Shown in pieces: positions 1-9,199 of a DNA stretch of 64,000 nucleotides. Where the stretch lies: NCBI GenBank assembly GCA_023231065.1, contig JALNWE010000004.1, positions 5,167-69,166 of the forward strand, given 5' to 3'. Made by a program: the position numbers and the translations under genes. The DNA comes from Bacteroidales bacterium. GTDB lineage: Bacteria > Bacteroidota > Bacteroidia > Bacteroidales > FEN-979. A model generated the notes under the pieces. That model was not told the DNA's origin. It saw nothing but the letters and a program-made list of their open reading frames with translations, and did not search any database. The stretch's first letter is position 1. Each line of letters starts with the position of its first letter.

Positions 1-2569
1 GTATTGCCATGCTTATATGTGTCTTGTTTTGAGCAAAATCGATGAGTTGGAAATCGTCTTTCACCTCTCTTGAAATTTTGTACTCTGAATCATATACCAG
101 ATTCCCATCATAATCATAAACACCAAATAAACAATACTGATTTGCATTGCCATCTATTGAAAATCCTGAAAAGTATAAATTGTTTTCATCGCTAATAACA
201 TACTTTCCATAGGAGGCCTTACTGATATCCCCCATATTATTTGTCCATAATTCCGTTCCGTCAGTATTGTAAGCTGTCAAATCTGTTAAATAGGTGTCTT
301 CAGAATCAACTTTACCACCGGCAACAAAAACATTCCCATTTTTTTCATTTCCGGTAATGCCATAGTAATATCCGAAGTCAGCAGAAACTTTTTCCCATGC
401 TACTTCTCCTGCTGGCCCTAATTTTACTATGATACCATTGTTATCATTTTGCCCAACAAGATAGATGTTGTCATTGTTATCACCATACGCCTGGCTAAAC
501 AAACTGTTATCACCATAGGAATTTGAAAACTCCCAGATTTGCTCACCATTGGCACTGAGTTTTTCTGCATAAACAGCTGATCCACTACCAAAATAGCCTA
601 AGATACCTGAATAAGTAATGTTGTTTTGATTATCAATAAAAAGATCATATACATACGCCGGAGTAACATCACTGTTATTATAACTCCATAATTCCTCACC
701 TTCGGGCGAAAGTTTATAAACGCACACAACAGGAACATAATTTACGCTTCCATCCGCAGCAACAATAATATTTCCATTATGATCTTGCTTAATATAATAT
801 GCCATAGCGCTATTAACAACAGGGTCATCAATAATATGTTCCCAATTGATGCTACCATTGGCATCCATACTAATGATTGCAGGCTTATAACTATAAGAGT
901 TACTAACAGTTATATATCCACAGACAATAATTGAATTACCGGAGACTAAAATATCCGAAGCCCCACCTTCATAATCTTCAAAATAATTCCTGCTCCAAAG
1001 AATTTCACCAGAATCACCTAATTTAGTAACTGAAAAAATACCAGTATTATTGGCTGTAAAATAGGTGTTGTTTTCATCATCCAATACACTAGCTGATATA
1101 AAATTGCCTGATACAGCCTCTTTATCTGTAAACTGTGTCCACACGGGTTCTGCATTAATATCTATGGCCGTAACAAATAAGTCATACCCGGTTTCGCATA
1201 CCCCATTGTAATAGTACATTCTCTGGTTGGCGCCCACAAGCAGTTTACCATCATGATAACTGAACCCATCGTAAGCATAGATATATTCGTAACCGGTTTC
1301 GAAATCATTCATGGAATTTACGGCAATGTTATCTCCATTTTCATCGAATGATGCAGCAAGCAATGTAAAATTTTCACTCATACCTCCCACTATTATTTTT
1401 CCTTCATCATTCAGATGGATGAAGTAATAATATCCATAATTGTCAAAATCACTTTCCCCTGTTAAGCTTACTTTGTTATATTCGATTACTCCATCTGAAT
1501 TTAATTTAGTCAATTTGGTACCATCTTCACTATTCCTTATAATGGCATAAATATCCCCATTACCAACTACACATATACTTCCTCCGAAAAGACAAAGACT
1601 TGTTTCCATCATTTGTGTCCAAATGGCGTTTCCATTATTACCTATTTTAGTAATATATTTTGTCATTTCTCCATAGCCGCCTATCCTGTATAAAAGAACA
1701 ATATCACCATTGGTAGTGCTGGCTGCTGAAATTATAGATCCATCACTCGTATGGATCCATTGTACTTCACCATCAGAATTAATTTTTATGGCTAAATAAG
1801 TATCTTGAATTAAAACGATGGAATTATCAGGCATTAATAAGGAATAATCCTCCGATGAACTTGATTGTTTTGTAAACACTTGCTGCCAAATGGTGTTCCC
1901 ATCCTGATCAAATTTTTGTATGTGATCAGATTTCTCTAAATTATTTTCTCCGGCATTAATAACAGATACAGCAATTATATTCTGGTCAGAATCAATAAAT
2001 AAGCCCACTCCTTTGGGCAGTGCAAAATAATCCTGACTATAAAATTTTGTCCATAAAATATCACCGGCTGAAGAGTATTTTCTCAGGTACATTTCACGAT
2101 TGATGCTATCTCTCATGACTTCGCCTAATACGAAAATATTGTCCTGGTTATCGATAGCCACTTTGGAGGCTGTAGTGTAAAACCCTTCAATATATTCCTT
2201 CCTCCATATTTCTGTTCCATCCTTTTGCGTTTTTACAAGTACTCCTTTAAAAGTGCCTTCTGCATTTCCATTCAATGCTACATATACATAGTTGCCCTGT
2301 GAATCACGTTCTAACCCGCCAAATTTAACAGTTGCAAAATTGTTATCGGAAGGGATAATACTTTTTTTTGACCAGTCCGGATCAAGATTCCCCTTACTAT
2401 TTAATGCTTTACCACTATCCTTCAGGAGCTTGTGATGAGGAAGTTTAGTTACCGGATATTTTTTTTGTATAGGCCGCCCGGGAGTATTATTTGGAATAGA
2501 TAGCTGCCCATAGGAAAGTTGTCCAAAGCTGAAGGATAATAAAAGAAAATTCAAAAAGAATGTTTTCAT
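1..2569 (-). CDS. Secreted beta-propeller repeat protein (SBBP/PQQ-like blades), 3' end outside the window
   Basis: Not in the ORF track. I translated it by hand from ATG 2569 (MKTFFLNFLLLSFSFGQLSYGQ, signal-peptide-like). The same frame was open wherever I checked, including the window edge (...YDGNLVYDSEYKISREVKDDFQLIDFAQNKTHISMAI). About 12 copies of a K-x-x-x-x-G-x-x-x-W motif, e.g. KYSSAGDILW, KFDQDGNTIW, KINSDGEVQW, KLGDSGEILW, KLSPEGEELW, KLSANGEQIW. Confidence 0.8.
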   Translation of the reverse strand, partial: MKTFFLNFLLLSFSFGQLSYGQLSIPNNTPGRPIQKKYPVTKLPHHKLLKDSGKALNSKGNLDPDWSKKSIIPSDNNFATVKFGGLERDSQGNYVYVALNGNAEGTFKGVLVKTQKDGTEIWRKEYIEGFYTTASKVAIDNQDNIFVLGEVMRDSINREMYLRKYSSAGDILWTKFYSQDYFALPKGVGLFIDSDQNIIAVSVINAGENNLEKSDHIQKFDQDGNTIWQQVFTKQSSSSEDYSLLMPDNSIVLIQDTYLAIKINSDGEVQWIHTSDGSIISAASTTNGDIVLLYRIGGYGEMTKYITKIGNNGNAIWTQMMETSLCLFGGSICVVGNGDIYAIIRNSEDGTKLTKLNSDGVIEYNKVSLTGESDFDNYGYYYFIHLNDEGKIIVGGMSENFTLLAASFDENGDNIAVNSMNDFETGYEYIYAYDGFSYHDGKLLVGANQRMYYYNGVCETGYDLFVTAIDINAEPVWTQFTDKEAVSGNFISASVLDDENNTYFTANNTGIFSVTKLGDSGEILWSRNYFEDYEGGASDILVSGNSIIVCGYITVSNSYSYKPAIISMDANGSINWEHIIDDPVVNSAMAYYIKQDHNGNIIVAADGSVNYVPVVCVYKLSPEGEELWSYNNSDVTPAYVYDLFIDNQNNITYSGILGYFGSGSAVYAEKLSANGEQIWEFSNSYGDNSLFSQAYGDNNDNIYLVGQNDNNGIIVKLGPAGEVAWEKVSADFGYYYGITGNEKNGNVFVAGGKVDSEDTYLTDLTAYNTDGTELWTNNMGDISKASYGKYVISDENNLYFSGFSIDGNANQYCLFGVYDYDGNLVYDSEYKISREVKDDFQLIDFAQNKTHISMAI

Positions 2570-2615
2570 GAACTTTAAGATTTTAAGGATGAATCAAAAA
2601 ATTGTTTTGTGCTTG

Positions 2616-2623
2616 CAAAAATA
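2616..2623 (-). promoter_or_regulatory. Bacteroidota sigma70 -7 element (TATTTTTG) for the beta-propeller gene
   Basis: Matches the TAnnTTTG consensus about 45 nt upstream of ATG 2569. Confidence 0.45.
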
Positions 2624-2856
2624 AATCAGGAAGGTTACCTGCTGAAGAAACCCAGCTTACAAGTTCTTTACTGACATTACGCAACACACTTACAATTTAT
2701 GTACAAAAAGTGTCATGTGTATGATATACAGCTAAATAGAAATTATTCAGGGCTTGCTGAAAAACTCTTAAAATGAATCGGATACTTTTATTAAGTTTAC
2801 AATGCATTTAGTTTGAATAAAATGAATGAGTGAAATGCAATTAAAAGTCAACGGGA

Positions 2857-4425
2857 ATGATAAAAACCATGTTTGTTACATTTTTTATAATGTCTTTAAT
2901 CGGAAGTCTTTCAGCTAATGAAGACCAAACCACCGATGCAAAAGTGAAAGGAATGATTACCATCATTACTAAAAATATGCAAACGAATCCGGATAAGGCC
3001 ATTTATTACCTGGAAGAAGCCCTGAACTATGAAAAGCAAACCAGTCAAAGCACATTGTGTGATTTATACCGGACAGCTGGAGTTCTCTATTTAAAAAAAC
3101 AATCTTGCCATTTAGCTTTAGATTATTTTTACAAATCCTTGGAAATACAGAACATTATCGATAAATCAAAAAATCATTACATTTATAATAATATTGGGGG
3201 TGCCTATCTGGCTTTAGGTGATACGGTGAAAGCAACCGAATTTTGGTTGTTATCCCTGCAAGGGCTGAAACAGGCAATCAAGCGGGGAAATCTTAACGAA
3301 AAGCATTTTGAATCTTATATAGTTTATAATAACCTGGCAGTATTAGAGAGGCAGAAAGGGAACTATTTTAAAGCATTGGAAATGTTAAATGAATATAAAG
3401 GCTTTTGCTTAAAGGTTAAAGATACTCTTGGCATCATTCGCGCTTACCAAAATTTATCCAACGTTTATTTCCAAATAAAAGAGTACGACAGTGCCCGGTT
3501 ATTTTTCAGAAAAGGAAGCCATTTAGCAGAAATCATCAACTCAACCTCTGATTTGGCCTCATTTTACTATAATATGGGCCATCAATTTATTGAATTGAAC
3601 AGGGATTCTTCTCTCTATTATTTTTTGAAATCCTATAAAATTAGTTGTCAGTACGAACTTAATCAGGTCAAGCTGGTTTCAGCAGAGGCTATATCAGATT
3701 TGTACGAAATGAATCATGAATATAGAAAATCAAATGAATATCTTCATATTGCAAAAAAAATGTCGGAAGAAAATATCAATATCGAAAGCAAGAAGAAAAT
3801 AAGTTTAATGGAATTTGAACACGAGCAAAAAATGAAACAACAGGAGCTGCTTCTCGACACGCAGCAACGGAAAAACATCCTGGTGTTCAGTACAATATTT
3901 TTTATTCTTGTTTCAATCCTTGCCTTCTTGTTATATCAGTTACAAAAAAACATCGCAAAAAGGCGTAGATTGGAAAACGAATTGCTAATCCAACGGTTGG
4001 AAGAAAAAAATAAGGAACTAACTACAAATATGATCCAGAATATCCAAACAAGCGAAATCCTTGAATTTACACACAAAGGACTTCAAGAACTCAGGGAAAA
4101 AACTGAAGGTACAACAAATAGAGATCTTTCTCAAATTATCAAGACCCTTAAAAACGGGAATCGTTCCTTCAACAAAAAGGAATTTGAAAAACTTTTCATC
4201 GAAACAGATAAAGGATTTTATAAAAAACTTTTATCAGATTATCCTACACTTACAAACAACGAAATAAGACATTGTGTTTTTGCCAAAATGAATTTATCCA
4301 GTAAGGAGATTTCAGCTATTACCCAGCAGAGCCAGAATAGTATACTTGTTGCCAGATCCAGACTTAGAAAAAAACTTGGGTTGAAAGAAGATCAAGGTTT
4401 AACAAGCTTTTTTAATAATTTTTAA
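2857..4425 (+). CDS. Membrane-anchored TPR-sensor / LuxR-type HTH transcriptional regulator
   Basis: N-terminal signal, TPR-like helical repeats (YNNIGGAY, YNNLAVLE, YQNLSNVY), one TM helix (ILVFSTIFFILVSILAFLLY), coiled coil, C-terminal LuxR-like HTH (LTNNEIRHCVFAKMNLSSKEIS...SRLRKKLGL). Confidence 0.85.
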   Translation: MIKTMFVTFFIMSLIGSLSANEDQTTDAKVKGMITIITKNMQTNPDKAIYYLEEALNYEKQTSQSTLCDLYRTAGVLYLKKQSCHLALDYFYKSLEIQNIIDKSKNHYIYNNIGGAYLALGDTVKATEFWLLSLQGLKQAIKRGNLNEKHFESYIVYNNLAVLERQKGNYFKALEMLNEYKGFCLKVKDTLGIIRAYQNLSNVYFQIKEYDSARLFFRKGSHLAEIINSTSDLASFYYNMGHQFIELNRDSSLYYFLKSYKISCQYELNQVKLVSAEAISDLYEMNHEYRKSNEYLHIAKKMSEENINIESKKKISLMEFEHEQKMKQQELLLDTQQRKNILVFSTIFFILVSILAFLLYQLQKNIAKRRRLENELLIQRLEEKNKELTTNMIQNIQTSEILEFTHKGLQELREKTEGTTNRDLSQIIKTLKNGNRSFNKKEFEKLFIETDKGFYKKLLSDYPTLTNNEIRHCVFAKMNLSSKEISAITQQSQNSILVARSRLRKKLGLKEDQGLTSFFNNF

Positions 4426-4453
4426 TGGGTTCGTTTATGACTACCCACTCCAT

Positions 4454-5914
4454 TCATTGAAAAACTGCATTACGCCGATCATCTGCTTTTTCCTTTGGTT
4501 TCTCTTTGATTAAAAACGAAACTCCCAAGGCGATCAGGCATAAGAACAATCCCCCCGCGTAAGCCCATTGAAACCCCTGATAAAATACTTCCGATGAAAT
4601 CGAATGAAGGGCAATTTTATTTGCATGAAAGTCCGATGGCATCGGAACGGTAAAAAGAATTTCCATAAGCAAAATCCCGATCATTTGTCCCAGGTTCGTC
4701 GATAATTTGAATACGCTGGAAGAGATGGACTGCTTTTCGGGAATAGCCAACGACATCATCAGGTTGTTATTGGGAGTGATGAAAAATGCATAACTGAACC
4801 CCAATCCCACAAGGAATATAAAAACCACCCATAGTTGAACTAATGGTATGCACAGAATGAAAAACAGACAGGTCACCGTGGCTGAAACCATTCCGAAAAT
4901 AGTCAGCCGGGTTTTTGAGATCCGGTCTGACAGATTTCCCGATAAAGCGCTCATGGCGCTGAAGACTACTGCAAAGGTCATGAGGACAAAACCCGCGTGC
5001 TCCACATTCATCTTCAGAACATAGGTCAGATAAAAGGGCATCAGGATACTGCTGCCTGCCATCAATCCGAACCCGGCAAATGAAGCCACGATCCCAAGGG
5101 TGAAATTATGGTCATGAAAGATTGAAAGGTCAAGGACTGGGTTTTTAGCCACTTTTTCACGCCAGAAAAAGAGTCCGAGCAAAACCAGCGCGGTGATAAT
5201 TCCTCCTATTGTGAGCAAATTGTCCCAGCCCAGTTTGCGCCCCTGGTTGAGAAAATATACCAACAAGGCCAGCCCGGCAAAGCTCAGAAGGCTGCCGGCG
5301 AAGTCGAACCTGGTAAGCGTTTTTTTTTCAGGGCCAGGGTTTCTATCATTTGGCAACGATTTCCAGGCAACCAACACGGCCGCGATCCCGATCGGGACAT
5401 TGATCAAGAAGATCCAATGCCAGTTAAGAAGACCTGTAATCAACCCGCCAAGCGGGTTTCCGATTAACAGTCCCAGGGAACTGATGGGGGAAAAGATCCC
5501 AAATGCCCAGCCTCGTTTTTCGGCAGGGATATACCGGGGAATCAATGAAACCGACGTGGAGAAAAGCATGGATGCGCCAAGCGCCTGGATGGCCCTGGCA
5601 AAGATGAGAAAGTGGATGGAACCCGCGAATCCGCAAACCAATGAGCTTAATGTAAAAATTGCAAACCCGGATATAAAGATTTTTTTCACTCCCAACTGGT
5701 CTGCCAGTTTCCCGAAAGTGATCATCGTTCCGGCTAAGACAACCAGGTAAATCAGTACAATTTGGACAACCAGATTGGTCCCAACTTTAAAAAAAGCCGC
5801 AATATAGGGGAGGGAAATGTTGACAATATTTCCATCGAGCAGGGCCATGAACCCAGCCAGGGAGGCGCTGACAATGATTGCTAACTGGCGTGATCTGTCT
5901 TCAATAATCATCAA
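4454..5914 (-). CDS. MFS transporter, DHA2 (EmrB/QacA-like) family
   Basis: About 14 hydrophobic segments; LDGNIVNISLP, GKLADQLGVKK, ARAIQALGA and WHWIFLINVPIG motifs. Confidence 0.9.
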   Translation of the reverse strand: MMIIEDRSRQLAIIVSASLAGFMALLDGNIVNISLPYIAAFFKVGTNLVVQIVLIYLVVLAGTMITFGKLADQLGVKKIFISGFAIFTLSSLVCGFAGSIHFLIFARAIQALGASMLFSTSVSLIPRYIPAEKRGWAFGIFSPISSLGLLIGNPLGGLITGLLNWHWIFLINVPIGIAAVLVAWKSLPNDRNPGPEKKTLTRFDFAGSLLSFAGLALLVYFLNQGRKLGWDNLLTIGGIITALVLLGLFFWREKVAKNPVLDLSIFHDHNFTLGIVASFAGFGLMAGSSILMPFYLTYVLKMNVEHAGFVLMTFAVVFSAMSALSGNLSDRISKTRLTIFGMVSATVTCLFFILCIPLVQLWVVFIFLVGLGFSYAFFITPNNNLMMSLAIPEKQSISSSVFKLSTNLGQMIGILLMEILFTVPMPSDFHANKIALHSISSEVFYQGFQWAYAGGLFLCLIALGVSFLIKEKPKEKADDRRNAVFQ

Positions 5915-6310
5915 TATACTTGTTAGTTACTAAACTCCATCAATTCAAACCCGGTTATGAGGTTTTCCACGCTAAGATAGTGAAATAAAAAAAATACCAT
6001 TACAACTCATTGCCAATTATCAATTGTCCATTTTCCATTTTTTCATCATCCTTCCTATATCCTTTGTCCATGCTCGTCCATCTTTTTGGGTGTGTTCGGT
6101 AGTCTGTTCAAAAAAGTGTCTATTGATAGTTTCTACTTACAAACTGCTCGCATTGCGTGGCTGCCTGGCTTATCAAATTATCTGTCACCCTGTCAGATTT
6201 TTCTCCTTTTTCCTTTTGTTTACGGCGACGGGTAGGTCTAAGGTAAGTCTTTGGTATTTCTGAAATTTGTATATTAGATGAATTGTTTTATGATACTTAA
6301 CAGAAATTCC

Positions 6311-6952
6311 ATGAAAACTGCTATTATTTCCGGCGCTACCGGACTGGTTGGCAAACAACTGCTTCAGCAGTTGCTTAAAAATCCTGGTTACGAAAAGGTT
6401 ATCGCGGTCGTCCGTAAGCGGATGGATATCACCGATGATAAGCTGGTCCAGCAGGTCATCGATTTCGAACAGTTACCTACTGTACTTGATGGGGTGAAGG
6501 CTTGTGATGGCTATTGCTGCCTGGGGACGACCATCAAAACTGCCGGGAGCAAGGAACGACAATACCGGATCGATCACGATTATGTGGTTGAATTTGCCCA
6601 TGCATGCCACAAAGCCGGGGTGAACCGTTTTGCTGTCATTTCCTCCCTTGGGGCAAACGCGGAATCTCCGAACTTTTACCTCCGGACCAAAGGTAAAATG
6701 GAGCGGGACCTGAAGAAAATCCCTTTCAGCAGCCTGGTCATCCTGCAACCATCGTTTTTATTAGGTGACCGGAGTGAGCATAGGGCGGGCGAAAATATCA
6801 TAGCCGGAATCGTGAAATGTGCAAGCCCTTTAATGGTCGGTGGGTTGAAAAAATACCGCGGTGTCAGGGATACTTCTGTGGCCGCCTGTTTGATCAGGGA
6901 GATACAGAAAGGGGAAGAAGGGGTCCATGTTATCATGTCGGATCAGATTTAA
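6311..6952 (+). CDS. NAD(P)-binding oxidoreductase (HTATIP2/YraR-like atypical SDR)
   Basis: GATGLVG Rossmann motif, CCLGTTIKTAGS, ISSLGA, FYLRTKG, QPSFLLG. ATG 6311 preferred over the track start 6278. Confidence 0.85.
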   Translation: MKTAIISGATGLVGKQLLQQLLKNPGYEKVIAVVRKRMDITDDKLVQQVIDFEQLPTVLDGVKACDGYCCLGTTIKTAGSKERQYRIDHDYVVEFAHACHKAGVNRFAVISSLGANAESPNFYLRTKGKMERDLKKIPFSSLVILQPSFLLGDRSEHRAGENIIAGIVKCASPLMVGGLKKYRGVRDTSVAACLIREIQKGEEGVHVIMSDQI

Positions 6953-7018
6953 AAGTTAAATTTGTCTCCGGTCATTTCCTTTTTTTAAGAAACATAGAGG
7001 GATGACGTTAATTAACCA

Positions 7019-9172
7019 TTGAATCCCATGAAGCGACTTGTTTTTCTCCTGATCAGCTGGTTACCGGTAATGACGATGATGGCCCAGGATTTCAAGACGG
7101 TTGAGGGCTACCTTCATATCAATGCAAAGGCCGACGATCCGTTATATACCACGTATGCCGCTTCCATGGCCCGGTCACAATTGTATGGCGATAAAGCGTA
7201 CAAGATGGATTATTATTCCGGATGCCGGCCTGTAAGCTATTCCAGCGATCAGGCAGGGACGATGTTCTGTATCTGGAAAGTCGATCAGGTGGCGATCCAA
7301 AAAACCGGAGAATATTTCGAGAAACCGGTCGTGCATTTTTCTTTTCCCGACATGGCCATCCTGGAGTATGGACCGTTCCGGGGAATTCATGTCAAAGAGA
7401 CCTTTTTTGTATATAGTTCCACCCTGGCCATGGTGGATATGGAAGTGAAAAACACGGACCGGATCTCCCATGATGTGGCGGTTTATCCAATACTGGAAAC
7501 CGGCAACGATTCCCTGGGGATAGAACGGTATGATACCATCCTGGATGGTTACCTGACCCGGCGTTACGAAAGTCCTTACCGGCTGATCAGCAGTCTGAGG
7601 GCGGAATATGGTTACCCTACCCGGGTCAGGGATTTCTTTACCTGTAACCTTAAATCTTATTCCCATGGGGGGTATTCAGGGAATATGGATGATTTTTACA
7701 ATGTGATCAAGACCGATTTTTATTCCGAAAAACGAACGGATTCATTGAATATGCGTTCGTCGGGATTGGTGGATTTCGTCGCGTTACAATTGAAAAAGCG
7801 GCTGAACCCGGGAGAAAAGGTAACTTTCCGTTATCTCCGGGGAGTTAAAGCCATTCAGGAAGATGCCGCAAACATGGTCCGGGCGATCGATTCCGTTAAG
7901 AATTTCATGTTGAAGACCTATTATGAAGATAACCTGATCCTTTTTTCCAGGATCCCGCGGATCAATTTTAAAACGACTGATGAAAAGCTTGCTTACCTGA
8001 GCGCGTTCAACCTTGCGCGGGGATGCATGTATCCGCCATCAGGAAAAACCAGTTATAATTTTTATGTTTTTTCGCGAAATCCTTTATGGGGATGGGGCCA
8101 TGGTCACCAGGTACTGCATGAATCGCTCAGCATGATGGCATATTCCTATCTCGATCCCAAGTCGGCCCAGGGATCCCAAAGGGTTTATATGGAGCAGCAG
8201 CGCGAAGACGGATTGATAGCATACCGCCATGGGCCCCGCGGATTGCAGGATTACCCGCATAAAGACATGTCAACCACTTCCGCGCCTTTTTTCAGTTGGA
8301 TCAACCTGGAGATTTATGAAGTGAGCAGGGACCGGCAATTTTTAGAAGATGCCTATATCTCCGGGAGCCGGTATGTCGAATGGCTGATCAGGAACCGCGA
8401 CACCGACCAGGACGGGACTTTTGAATGGGGGCCATACGGCATTATTGAGAATGTCAGGGATTGGTACAATGCCGTTTTCCAGGTTTCAGCCGAACGGTAT
8501 CTTGATGTGGACAAGGAAGATATTTCAGATGAGCTGGAATGTCTTGACCTGACCCTGATGGTCATCAAAGAAGAACGCAGCCTGGCCAAAATGGCAAAGT
8601 TTTTGGGGAAGGAGGCGGAATCCCAAAAATGGATGTCATTAGCCAATAAAACGACCGGACTTGTGAATGAACGGATGTGGGATGATTCCACCGGATTCTA
8701 TTATTCCATCAATAAGAAGAACCATTCCTTCCATTTCATGACCCGTGATTTGCGCCGGCAGGAGATCATCGGCTTTCTGGCCTTATGGGCTGAAGCAGCG
8801 CCCAGGGACCGGGCAGCAAGGCTGGTTGAGGCCCTTACGGACACCACAAAATTCTGGCGGAGATATGGGGTCCCCACCTTATCGGTACAGGATCCCTGGT
8901 ATAGCCCTTATGTGGACTATTGCTGTAAATGGAACGGCCCGGTATGGCTGTTGTGGGATTATATGGTTTATGATGGATTGCGGTCGTACCAATATCATGA
9001 CCTGGCCTCTCAACTGGCCCATAAAATGCTCCATGCCGTCGCGTTGCAGTTGTCAAAAAACCATAATTACTGGGAATCTTATAGTCCCGATAACGAATCG
9101 CTTAACTGTCCCCCGAATTATATCTGGGATTCCATCATTGCAAAAATGCTGGTCGAAGAATATCAGAAATAG
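7019..9172 (+). CDS. Secreted (alpha/alpha)6 glycoside hydrolase, GH63/MGH1/trehalase-like
   Basis: Signal peptide; C-terminal helical barrel with WGWGHGHQVLHE, MWDDSTGFYY, FWRRYGVPTLS, WNGPVW, NYWESYSP. Substrate unknown. Confidence 0.7.
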   Translation: MNPMKRLVFLLISWLPVMTMMAQDFKTVEGYLHINAKADDPLYTTYAASMARSQLYGDKAYKMDYYSGCRPVSYSSDQAGTMFCIWKVDQVAIQKTGEYFEKPVVHFSFPDMAILEYGPFRGIHVKETFFVYSSTLAMVDMEVKNTDRISHDVAVYPILETGNDSLGIERYDTILDGYLTRRYESPYRLISSLRAEYGYPTRVRDFFTCNLKSYSHGGYSGNMDDFYNVIKTDFYSEKRTDSLNMRSSGLVDFVALQLKKRLNPGEKVTFRYLRGVKAIQEDAANMVRAIDSVKNFMLKTYYEDNLILFSRIPRINFKTTDEKLAYLSAFNLARGCMYPPSGKTSYNFYVFSRNPLWGWGHGHQVLHESLSMMAYSYLDPKSAQGSQRVYMEQQREDGLIAYRHGPRGLQDYPHKDMSTTSAPFFSWINLEIYEVSRDRQFLEDAYISGSRYVEWLIRNRDTDQDGTFEWGPYGIIENVRDWYNAVFQVSAERYLDVDKEDISDELECLDLTLMVIKEERSLAKMAKFLGKEAESQKWMSLANKTTGLVNERMWDDSTGFYYSINKKNHSFHFMTRDLRRQEIIGFLALWAEAAPRDRAARLVEALTDTTKFWRRYGVPTLSVQDPWYSPYVDYCCKWNGPVWLLWDYMVYDGLRSYQYHDLASQLAHKMLHAVALQLSKNHNYWESYSPDNESLNCPPNYIWDSIIAKMLVEEYQK

Positions 9173-9199
9173 TACCTTTGCAAGGTTAATCGGATTTTT

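Noticed and set aside
6000-6290. Track ORF 6024-6263 (+) and a start-less - strand frame (IQISEIPKTYLRPTRRRK...) as a gene or pseudogene
   Set aside because: No standard start for the - frame, broken by stops, and no family recognised. Treated as intergenic, though a translated search could revisit it.
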